Source: an uncultured Bacilli bacterium (GTDB lineage: Bacteria > Bacillota_I > Bacilli_A > RF39 > UBA660). Taken from it: DNA of 64,000 nt. The translations under genes were made by a program, and so were the position numbers. Positions 47,833 to 55,958 of this stretch are shown in pieces; within the stretch, counting starts at the first letter, position 1, and each line of letters begins with the position of its first letter. The notes beneath the pieces are model-generated. The model had not been told where the DNA came from. It searched no databases and saw nothing but the letters and a program-made list of their open reading frames with translations. The stretch lies in assembly GCA_947632325.1 (NCBI GenBank), contig CANROU010000005.1, positions 2,135 through 66,134 of the forward strand. The letters run 5' to 3'.

Positions 47833-48084
47833 TTAATCCTTTTTTTGAAATTCTTTTAACAAAACCTCTAATAACTTAGCCCGATCTAATCTCGTAATCT
47901 TATTTCGAGCTTCTTTATGACTAGAAATATAGCCCGGATCACCACTAATTAGATAGCCTACCAATTGATTAGTGGGATTATATCCTCGCTCTTCTAAGGC
48001 TGCATAAACATCTTCTAAAGTATCTCTTACTAATTCAGTGTTGAAATCATCAAGATTATATAAATGAGTAGTATTTTGACTCAT
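47833..48084 (-). CDS. ireB: IreB/DUF965 family protein (YrzL-like)
   Basis: 83 aa, in the conserved position upstream of ruvX. Confidence 0.75.
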   Translation of the reverse strand: MSQNTTHLYNLDDFNTELVRDTLEDVYAALEERGYNPTNQLVGYLISGDPGYISSHKEARNKITRLDRAKLLEVLLKEFQKKD

Positions 48085-48150
48085 AGCATCACCTCATATC
48101 CTATAATATTGATAGTTTAATTCTATCATTTTTTGCTATTTATGGCAATA

Positions 48151-49293
48151 CTATTTCACATATGCAAATCCCATATATAACATAAATATTGTCAATATAA
48201 TAGTAACAATTGTGCCATTTATTTTTTCAAATGTACTACTTTTATATTTTATACCAAGCGCAATAGATATACTAATGCCACCGATTAATCCGCCAATATG
48301 TCCAGCATTATCAATACCTGGTGACATCATACCAAGTAATAAATTTAATAATATTAAAGGAATAATTTGACTTTTAATAACATTACCTAAATAAACACGA
48401 TAATGGTAACCAAAATACAAAAGTCCGCCCATTAAACCAAAGATCGCTCCACTAGCTCCAACAGAAGCTGTACTACCACTAAAAATAATCGATAATAAAC
48501 TACCTGTGATAGCACTATATAAATAAATAATTATATAACGCCATTTACCCATGAAACTCTCTAACTGTGAACCAATGACAAACAAAGCATAACAATTAAA
48601 TAGTAAATGCAAAATACTACCATGCATAAATGCTCCCGTTAATAAACGATAATATTGACCTAAATACCTAATACTAGGTCCATGTACACAAAATAAAGAA
48701 ACCATTTTTTCATAATTACCCAATAATAAAGGTATGATATAACATAATATGTTAATTGTAATCAAAGCATATGTAACAACTGGTTTTTTAGGCTTAAAAA
48801 CCTCCTCTATCTTAACAGAATCTGTTCTGTTATGCTCATTAATATCCGAAGTTATTTTAAGAAACAACTGCATACCTTCTTCATTATATACTAACTTTTC
48901 AGACATATCAGGAAAATTATTTTTTATTTGTTCATAACTAGATAAATCTTTTTCATCTTTAACCTCGATACAATCCACGTCTTTTATTGACTGCATATCT
49001 ACATAATCACTCAAATCCGTAAAAATACTAAGGGTTTTTAAACGCCAAGATAATGTTTTGGCTTTTATTTTTTTGATAATTCTCTTCGTTTTAAACATAT
49101 CAAATGAAAACTGCTCATTATTGTGAATATAATTAGATACAATACGAATAATCTTATAATCCTGATTTAAATTTTCTAACCATATTTCATTTTCAACACC
49201 TTGTAAAATGATAGGATTATAGTTTTTTTCTGTAATAAAATAATGAAGTAATTTCATTGTAATAACATTTTTTTTATCTAACATTTCTTTCAT
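48151..49293 (-). CDS. rhomboid family intramembrane serine protease with N-terminal cytoplasmic domain
   Basis: GASGAIFGLMG catalytic Ser motif, AGHIGGLIGG catalytic His, and 6-7 TM helices. Confidence 0.8.
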   Translation of the reverse strand: MKEMLDKKNVITMKLLHYFITEKNYNPIILQGVENEIWLENLNQDYKIIRIVSNYIHNNEQFSFDMFKTKRIIKKIKAKTLSWRLKTLSIFTDLSDYVDMQSIKDVDCIEVKDEKDLSSYEQIKNNFPDMSEKLVYNEEGMQLFLKITSDINEHNRTDSVKIEEVFKPKKPVVTYALITINILCYIIPLLLGNYEKMVSLFCVHGPSIRYLGQYYRLLTGAFMHGSILHLLFNCYALFVIGSQLESFMGKWRYIIIYLYSAITGSLLSIIFSGSTASVGASGAIFGLMGGLLYFGYHYRVYLGNVIKSQIIPLILLNLLLGMMSPGIDNAGHIGGLIGGISISIALGIKYKSSTFEKINGTIVTIILTIFMLYMGFAYVK

Positions 49294-49358
49294 GTTTTTT
49301 CTCCTTTAATAATACTAATATTATAACTTAAAACATAGAATAAAGAAAGAGGTGTTTT

Positions 49359-49820
49359 ATGTTAAAAAAAATCGGTTTGTTTGTTATAATTTTAGCTCCT
49401 TGGTTTCTATCTAGTCTCTTTCCTTTTGATTATTCATTCTATAATAATTTACAGCTACCTTTCTTCGCTCCACCTAGAATCATTTTCCCCATTGTTTGGA
49501 CTATTATCTATATAACTATAGCTATTAGTATCTATCAACTTATCAAAGAATTTGGTTTTAAAAACCTTTCAAAAAATTATAAATGGGCATTATTAATCAA
49601 CTACTTATGGAATCAATCATTTGCTTTTTTATTCTTCGGTCTACAGAATACTTTCTTAGGTTTTGTAAGTTCCACAGGAACTTTAATTAGTAGCTTATTC
49701 TTATATGAAGAAACATCTAAACAAAATGAAAAAAGTTCTAATTTATTAAATCTTTATGTATTATGGAACCTATTTGCCACTATCTTATCTTTAACTGTTT
49801 ATATTTTAAATATTAAATAA
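49359..49820 (+). CDS. tspO: TspO/MBR (tryptophan-rich sensory protein) family
   Basis: LPFFAPPRIIFPIVWTIIY matches the TspO signature. 5 TM helices. Confidence 0.75.
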   Translation: MLKKIGLFVIILAPWFLSSLFPFDYSFYNNLQLPFFAPPRIIFPIVWTIIYITIAISIYQLIKEFGFKNLSKNYKWALLINYLWNQSFAFLFFGLQNTFLGFVSSTGTLISSLFLYEETSKQNEKSSNLLNLYVLWNLFATILSLTVYILNIK

Positions 49821-49823
49821 TTA

Positions 49824-50717
49824 TCACTCACCAGTAAGCGTTTCAACTAATTTCATAAACTCACTTGGTGGATCGCATTCAAAATACAATTGTTGATGTG
49901 TAACAGGATGGGAAAATTTAATACTTTTAGAATGAAGTAATTGGCCAAATTCGGTGGCTTTTTTATTATTACCATAAATTTTATCATTTGCCACAGGATG
50001 ATGGATATAAGCCATATGTACCCTGATTTGATGTGTTCTGCCTGTTTCTAATTTACACTCAACAAGAGTATATTTAGCAAAACGTTTTAATACTTTAAAA
50101 TGGGTAATAGCTCCTTTAGCATTAATATCAGTAACTTGCATCCTTTGTCTATTAACACTATCACGCCCAATCGGTGCATCAATCGTTCCTGTATCATGCA
50201 TAATAACGCCTTCTACTAACGCTATATACTTCCGTTCTATCTCATGTTTTTTAATCATCTTCGCTAATAAATCGTGAACTTGATCGTTTTTAGCGACCAC
50301 CATTAAACCGCTGGTATCCTTATCCAAACGATGAACAATACCTGGCCTAGTTTTATCTTTAGTAGTAGTAAAATCAAAATGATAACTTAATGCATTAACC
50401 AAAGTATGTGTATAATTACCTGGTGCTGGATGAACCACCATACCACTTTTCTTATTTATAATCAATAAATAATCATCTTCATACACAATATCCAAAGGAA
50501 TATTTTCAGGATTTATCTCATCTTCATTAGTCACTTTCAATTTAAGAACATCTATTTTATCATTAAACTTAACTAAGTAACTAGCTGATACTGTTTTACC
50601 ATTAACCAAAATCTGATTATCTTTAATTAATTTTTGCACTTTACTTCGGGTTATAGATAATTTGTCTGTTAAATATTGATCCAATCTAAGCCCTTCTGTT
50701 TCGACTACGATATTCAT
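49824..50717 (-). CDS. rluD: 23S rRNA pseudouridine synthase RluD (RluA family)
   Basis: S4 domain plus HRLDKDTSG catalytic Asp motif. Conserved lspA-rluD pair. Confidence 0.9.
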   Translation of the reverse strand: MNIVVETEGLRLDQYLTDKLSITRSKVQKLIKDNQILVNGKTVSASYLVKFNDKIDVLKLKVTNEDEINPENIPLDIVYEDDYLLIINKKSGMVVHPAPGNYTHTLVNALSYHFDFTTTKDKTRPGIVHRLDKDTSGLMVVAKNDQVHDLLAKMIKKHEIERKYIALVEGVIMHDTGTIDAPIGRDSVNRQRMQVTDINAKGAITHFKVLKRFAKYTLVECKLETGRTHQIRVHMAYIHHPVANDKIYGNNKKATEFGQLLHSKSIKFSHPVTHQQLYFECDPPSEFMKLVETLTGE

Positions 50718-51171
50718 CTATTTCCCCCCTAACTATGTCCCATATTAATAATATAATGCTAATAACAATAGCCATATCGGCTATATTAAACACCGGAAAA
50801 TCATATTTAAAAATATGAAAAGATAAATAATCAATAACATACTTATGCACCAAGCGATCACAAAAATTACCCAATATGCCACCAATTAATAAACCATAGC
50901 CTAAAATTGATATCTTTGATAATTTCGTTTCCTGAATTAAAAACCGATTTAATAAAATCAAAAAAACAGCGCTAACCAAAAGCAAAAAAATGGTTTTACC
51001 TTCTAATATTCCCCAAGCAGCTCCCTTATTTTGCACATAAGATATTCCAAAAAAATGGGGTATGATACTAAAGGATTGACCTACTTGCATTGTAGTAGTT
51101 ATAAACCACTTTATAAATTGATCAAATGCTAAAACCAATATACTTATTATATATATATAATATTTTCTCAT
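50686..51171 (-). CDS. lspA: lipoprotein signal peptidase II
   Basis: 161 aa with 4 TM helices and the FNIADMAI motif. Confidence 0.9.
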   Translation of the reverse strand: MRKYYIYIISILVLAFDQFIKWFITTTMQVGQSFSIIPHFFGISYVQNKGAAWGILEGKTIFLLLVSAVFLILLNRFLIQETKLSKISILGYGLLIGGILGNFCDRLVHKYVIDYLSFHIFKYDFPVFNIADMAIVISIILLIWDIVRGEIDEYRSRNRRA

Positions 51172-51227
51172 TTATTTCACCAGCAATATTATAACACTAA
51201 TCTATACTTATACCAAGTTAAAAAAGT

Positions 51228-52520
51228 TCATCTTTTTTTATTAAGTATTTTTGGCAAATCTTCATCCATTAGTTCTGTGTCTTTAAAATATGCTTTATGT
51301 TCCTTGCAATTATTTTTAGATGATTCTTGAAATTTTTCAATATCCCTTAATGATTTACCAGGGTTAGTAGCATATATAACAAATTCTTTAACATATTTTG
51401 ACTTTCTAATTTTAATCAAAGCTTGTTCCACTATTTGTCTTATTCTCTCTCTACTTAAATCATATTTTAATCCTATTGCCGCTGAGGTCATCGGTTCTCC
51501 ATCGTTCAAGCCATATTTAAGCATCAATATATCCCTTTCACGAGGCTTTAAATCACATTTTTTTAATAACTGTCTTATTCTAGTATTAAAATCTTCATCC
51601 ATTAATTCCTCTTCCGGAGTTTTATCACCAGAGGCAACAAAGCATCCTAATTCAGCATCATCTTCTTCACCAACTGCTTGATTCAAACTCACTGTATCAA
51701 CCTCAAAATTATATATGTCTAACATTTCTTTTAAAGGTATTTTTGCCTCATTAGCTGTTTCAACTATGGTTGGAGATCTTTGTAATTCATTTTGTAATTT
51801 GATAGCAGCTTTCCTATATAATTTGATGTTTTTTTGCCTTGATTCAGGTATTCTTATAGTTTTACTTTTAGAATCAATTGCCCTATTAATAGCCCGTCTA
51901 ATACATAATGTAGCATAAGTAGAAAATCTATAACCTTGGTCTCCATCATATGTATCAACAGCCATAATTAATCCCAAATTACCTTCTTGGATAAGATCGG
52001 CTAAAGGTAAACTGCTTCCTTTATATTTCTTAGCAATACTTATAACTAATCTTAAATTACTTTCTATAAATTTTTCCCGAGCCCGACTATCACCAGCGAT
52101 TACTTTTTTAGATAATTCTTTTTCCTCTTGAATTGATAGTAATGACTTATCATAAAGATCATTTAAATACATCCCTACATTATCAGTTGTAAGGTACGCA
52201 TCATTATTTTGACTATCCCTACCACTCATCAAATATATCTGTAACGCTGCCGTTAATAAATTATTGTCTAAAACTTGTTGTAAATCATATTCATGAGCTA
52301 CCATATCAGTTATATTCCTAAAATAAGCATTGTTATCTAATAATTCATTTAATAAAGTCGTCTCGGGCAAACAATTATATCCTTTAAGTAAATCATTTAA
52401 TACTTGAAACCCCATTAAAGCATCTTCAATAGTAGAAATACTATTCCAATTATTTTTTATATAATCATCCAATAAATCATATAATTGCGTAGCATTAATT
52501 TGTTCTTTTACTGTATCCAT
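51228..52520 (-). CDS. sigma-70 family factor (regions 2-4, SigA-like but divergent)
   Basis: DLIQEGNLGLIMAVDTYD...FSTYATLCIRRAINRAI (region 2), a region 3, and region 4 ERIRQIVEQALIKIRK. It has a 170-aa non-canonical N-terminus and the conserved WW is replaced by LC. Confidence 0.85.
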   Translation of the reverse strand: MDTVKEQINATQLYDLLDDYIKNNWNSISTIEDALMGFQVLNDLLKGYNCLPETTLLNELLDNNAYFRNITDMVAHEYDLQQVLDNNLLTAALQIYLMSGRDSQNNDAYLTTDNVGMYLNDLYDKSLLSIQEEKELSKKVIAGDSRAREKFIESNLRLVISIAKKYKGSSLPLADLIQEGNLGLIMAVDTYDGDQGYRFSTYATLCIRRAINRAIDSKSKTIRIPESRQKNIKLYRKAAIKLQNELQRSPTIVETANEAKIPLKEMLDIYNFEVDTVSLNQAVGEEDDAELGCFVASGDKTPEEELMDEDFNTRIRQLLKKCDLKPRERDILMLKYGLNDGEPMTSAAIGLKYDLSRERIRQIVEQALIKIRKSKYVKEFVIYATNPGKSLRDIEKFQESSKNNCKEHKAYFKDTELMDEDLPKILNKKR

Positions 52521-52554
52521 TTGCTCCTCCTATTATCACAAGTCCAGGGTACTA

Positions 52555-52582
52555 TTTTAACACTTTTACATTAATTAGCAAA
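52555..52582 (-). promoter_or_regulatory. promoter TTGCTA-N16-TAAAAT for the sigma gene
   Basis: Minus strand reads TTGCTAattaatgtaaaagtgtTAAAAT, then RBS AGGAGGAG. Confidence 0.4.
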
Positions 52583-52597
52583 TAGTTATTTATCAAA

Positions 52598-52624
52598 CTT
52601 AAAAAAGAGTTTTCACTCTTTTTA
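52598..52624 (-). terminator. rnc terminator
   Basis: Stem AAGAGU(GAAA)ACUCUU plus U6. Confidence 0.6.
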
Positions 52625-53299
52625 AACATTATTTATTTTAGCTAGTTTAGAAATAGCGTTTTTAGCCGCCACCTGTTCGGCTTCCTTCTTACTACCTGCA
52701 CTACCTTGACCATAAATAATATTACCAATTCTAACTTCCACCGTAAATTTTTTATTATGAGCAGGACCTGTTTCTTTTACTAATTGATATTCTACACTTT
52801 TTTGTTCTGTTTGTACATATTCTTGTAAAGTTGATTTATAATCTTTAAAAAAAGTAATATCAGGATCAGTAATAAAAGGAACAATAATATCCAAAGCCAC
52901 TCTCTTCGCCACCAAATAACCTAAATCAATATAAATAGCTCCTATTAAAGCTTCAAAAATATCTGCGACTATTGGTTTTTTATATTTTCCACCGGATGAT
53001 AATTCTCCATTACCCACCTTAATATAAGCACTTAAATTAAGCTTTTTAGCATATTCATATAAAGCATTTTCACACACATAACTAGCTCTTATTTTAGTCA
53101 TTTCTCCTTCAGCTTTATTTTGATTGGAATATAAATAATCCGCTACGACTAAATCCAAAACAGCATCCCCTAAAAATTCCAATCTTTCATAATCTTGTTT
53201 TAAATGATGTTCATTTACATAAGAAGAATGCGAAAAAGCACGTTCATATAATTCCTTATTAATTGGTTGTATTTTTAATATTTCAAATAAATCTTTCAT
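52622..53299 (-). CDS. rnc: ribonuclease III
   Basis: ERLEFLGDAVL signature and a C-terminal dsRBD. Confidence 0.92.
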   Translation of the reverse strand: MKDLFEILKIQPINKELYERAFSHSSYVNEHHLKQDYERLEFLGDAVLDLVVADYLYSNQNKAEGEMTKIRASYVCENALYEYAKKLNLSAYIKVGNGELSSGGKYKKPIVADIFEALIGAIYIDLGYLVAKRVALDIIVPFITDPDITFFKDYKSTLQEYVQTEQKSVEYQLVKETGPAHNKKFTVEVRIGNIIYGQGSAGSKKEAEQVAAKNAISKLAKINNV

Positions 53300-53379
53300 T
53301 TAATCACCACCATCATTATAGCACACTTCTAACACTTACAATTGCTATTTATGTTTTTTTTTGATAAAATGATAATACG

Positions 53380-53613
53380 GTGATTATAATGAAACGAGTA
53401 ATTATTGCTCTCATTCGATTATATCAAAAAATACCAGGTCCTTGGCATAATTATTGTCGCCACATACCAACGTGCTCTAACTATGCCATTGAAGCTTTAA
53501 ATGAATATGGATTGTTTAAAGGCTTATTTTATTCAGTCAAACGCATTTGGCGATGTAACCCTTGGTGGGGCACATTTGGTTATGACCCGGTAATTAAAAG
53601 GAGGAAAAAATGA
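53380..53613 (+). CDS. yidD: membrane protein insertion efficiency factor YidD
   Basis: [30 protein letters not shown] signature. Confidence 0.85.
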   Translation: MIIMKRVIIALIRLYQKIPGPWHNYCRHIPTCSNYAIEALNEYGLFKGLFYSVKRIWRCNPWWGTFGYDPVIKRRKK

Positions 53614-54482
53614 AAAAATTTAAAGTGTTTTTATTGACCGTGATATTAGTATTAATAATTCCTTTAATCTGTGGTTGCGAAAATAATAATATGGACAATA
53701 TCGAAATTATCACTACATCTTACCCTGTTGAATATATTACTAATCAGCTTTATGGAGAACATGCTTTAATTCATTCCATATATCCTGATGATACTGATAC
53801 TAAAACATATAAAATTACTAATAAACAATTAACCGATTTTAGTAAAAAAGACTTATTTATTTATAATGGCTTAGGTAGTGAAGAAGATATCGCTATAAAA
53901 TTATTAGATCGTAATAAAAATCTTAAAATTATTGATGCAGCCTTTGTTTTAGAAATCACTTATGGTGTTGAAGAATTATGGTTAAATCCTTCACATTTAT
54001 TGATGATTAGTCAAAACATTAGAACTGGCTTAGAAGAATACATTCAAAACAATGTTATACAAAAAGAAATAGATGCTAATTACGAAGAGTTGAAAGTTAA
54101 ATTATCCGAACTGGATGCAGAATTAAAATTAGTTGCTGAAAACTCCACAAACAAAACCATTGTTGTCGCTAATAAGGTCCTAAAATATCTTGAAAAATAT
54201 GGTTTTGAAGTTATTTCCTTAGATGAAGAAGATGCCTTGATAGATAAAAATATTAATATAGTAAAAGATAAATTATCTTCAGGTACTGTTAACTATATTT
54301 TCCTTTTAGAACACGAAAAAATACCTGATAAAGTTCAACAACTAATCGATGATGAAAAAATAGAAACACTTACCTTTAGAAGACTTGATAATATCACTGA
54401 TGAAGAACGTGATAATAAAGAGGATTATTTATCTATAATGAATCAAAATATTGAATTAATTAAACAAGAAACCTATGAATAA
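53610..54482 (+). CDS. TroA/ZnuA-like (cluster-9 SBP fold) lipoprotein lacking canonical metal-liganding histidines
   Basis: Lipobox LICGC, and EELWLNPSH resembling the DPHxW region. No adjacent ABC permease or ATPase. Translationally coupled to yidD (ATGA). Confidence 0.5.
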   Translation: MKKFKVFLLTVILVLIIPLICGCENNNMDNIEIITTSYPVEYITNQLYGEHALIHSIYPDDTDTKTYKITNKQLTDFSKKDLFIYNGLGSEEDIAIKLLDRNKNLKIIDAAFVLEITYGVEELWLNPSHLLMISQNIRTGLEEYIQNNVIQKEIDANYEELKVKLSELDAELKLVAENSTNKTIVVANKVLKYLEKYGFEVISLDEEDALIDKNINIVKDKLSSGTVNYIFLLEHEKIPDKVQQLIDDEKIETLTFRRLDNITDEERDNKEDYLSIMNQNIELIKQETYE

Positions 54483-55264
54483 TCTAGGTTTCTTTTTATT
54501 TTCCAATATTTCTTATCTAAATCACTAACTTGACGTGATTCTAAAATCTTTTGAATTGTTTTACGATATACAAATGAAGAAAGTTTATTATTATTTAAAT
54601 AAGCTGTTGTTAATTCTTTATGTTTAATATAACAAATAGATAACAACCAGGCGATAGCCATATTAACATAATAATCTGTCGTTTGTATTTCATCACATAA
54701 AGAAAAAATTAATGGCACATACTTTTTATCTGGCAAATAATAATCCAAAAATAATACGATACCTATTCTCACTACAAAAGGATTAGAATCTTTTAGATAA
54801 TCTTTAATAAATGGTAAATAATAATCTAAATGATCATGCACTATTTTCATACTAGCACAACAAGTATCACAAATAGCCCAATTATCAATTTTTCTTATGA
54901 ATTTATCAAAATACTTAAAAGAGCATTCTGTTTCTCTTATAGTAGCAATCACTAATCCCTGTAATAACACTTCTTCATAAGAATCATCTTGACAATAACG
55001 TAAATAACCATATATATCTCCTAAAGCAATATTTTTAGCCATTTTCCTCAACTGATTTACCCTGATACCTAAAATAGGATATTTAGTATTAATAAGACGC
55101 TGTTGAAACTTCCTATACTTGCTATCTTGCCATTTTAATAATTCTTTTTGCCATTGTCTATATTTACATTTATTCCATTTATTCACTATTTCACCCTTAT
55201 CTAAAAAAGAAGAGTTTCCTCTTCTAAATATATATGTGTTCTTGTTTATGATACAACATGTCAT
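54473..55264 (-). CDS. DNA alkylation repair enzyme family (AlkD-like HEAT repeat) protein
   Basis: NWAICDT and a HEAT-like repeat pattern. The N-terminal extent is uncertain because it overlaps the nrdG 3' end by 41 nt. Confidence 0.5.
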   Translation of the reverse strand: MTCCIINKNTYIFRRGNSSFLDKGEIVNKWNKCKYRQWQKELLKWQDSKYRKFQQRLINTKYPILGIRVNQLRKMAKNIALGDIYGYLRYCQDDSYEEVLLQGLVIATIRETECSFKYFDKFIRKIDNWAICDTCCASMKIVHDHLDYYLPFIKDYLKDSNPFVVRIGIVLFLDYYLPDKKYVPLIFSLCDEIQTTDYYVNMAIAWLLSICYIKHKELTTAYLNNNKLSSFVYRKTIQKILESRQVSDLDKKYWKIKRNLDYS

Positions 55265-55775
55265 AATCTTTCAACAATTGGTATTTATCTATTAATATTA
55301 CTTTATTTTCCTTTAAACTGTTTTGCACATCAATAATACGTTGATTAGAAGAACCTTTAAATTGTAAATCTAAACTAGCTTTATCTCTTTCAAATTTACC
55401 ATCAACTAAAACATCAATATAAGTTAAAAAAGCCCTTTTATGTTTATCTTTCAAAACATCTTCATAAAGATCACCTGTATAACACCAAACAGATAATCCC
55501 TTTTCTTTAGCAAATTTAGCCAGTTCTTGACAAGCTAGAGGTTGATACATAGGATCGCCTCCTGAAAAAGTGATCCCATCTTGACCCTCTATGTCAGCTA
55601 AAGCTTCCTTTATCTCTTCTACATCATACAAGGCTCCACCTTTAAAACTATGTGTCGTAGGGTTATGACAACCAGGGCAATGATGAGGACATCCCTGCGT
55701 CCATATAACCGTTCTAATGCCCTCACCATCAACGATACTATCAGTTTGTAAAAAACTAGCCAATCTAATCTTCAT
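55224..55775 (-). CDS. nrdG: anaerobic ribonucleotide reductase activating protein (radical SAM)
   Basis: CPHHCPGCHN radical-SAM cluster motif. The start ATG lies 3 nt after the stop of the upstream mini-ORF. Confidence 0.9.
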   Translation of the reverse strand: MKIRLASFLQTDSIVDGEGIRTVIWTQGCPHHCPGCHNPTTHSFKGGALYDVEEIKEALADIEGQDGITFSGGDPMYQPLACQELAKFAKEKGLSVWCYTGDLYEDVLKDKHKRAFLTYIDVLVDGKFERDKASLDLQFKGSSNQRIIDVQNSLKENKVILIDKYQLLKDYDMLYHKQEHIYI

Positions 55776-55778
55776 GTA

Positions 55779-55946
55779 TTATTTATTAGTTGATAAAATG
55801 CCAGTTGTTGAATGTTTTACTCTATCACGTTCTTCAGCTCTTTTGCCATTGTTGAAACGATCAGTAGTTCCTACAAGATACCCTGTAATTCTTCTAATTC
55901 TTTCGAATTTTACTCCTTCTCCTACTTTTCTTTCTTCCATTTTCAT
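55779..55946 (-). CDS. separately encoded NrdD C-terminal glycyl-radical domain (55 aa)
   Basis: MKMEERKVGEGVKFERIRRITGYLVGTTDRFNNGKRAEERDRVKH... contains the RxxGY glycyl-radical motif and the class III RNR C-terminal RVKH. Own SD GAAAGGAGAG. In frame with nrdD and separated only by a TAA. Confidence 0.6.
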   Translation of the reverse strand: MKMEERKVGEGVKFERIRRITGYLVGTTDRFNNGKRAEERDRVKHSTTGILSTNK

Positions 55947-55958
55947 TTCTCTCCTTTC

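Noticed and set aside
48749-48937. 62-aa plus ORF
   Set aside because: Antisense within the rhomboid protease gene.
51715-51918. 67-aa plus ORF
   Set aside because: Antisense within the sigma-factor gene.
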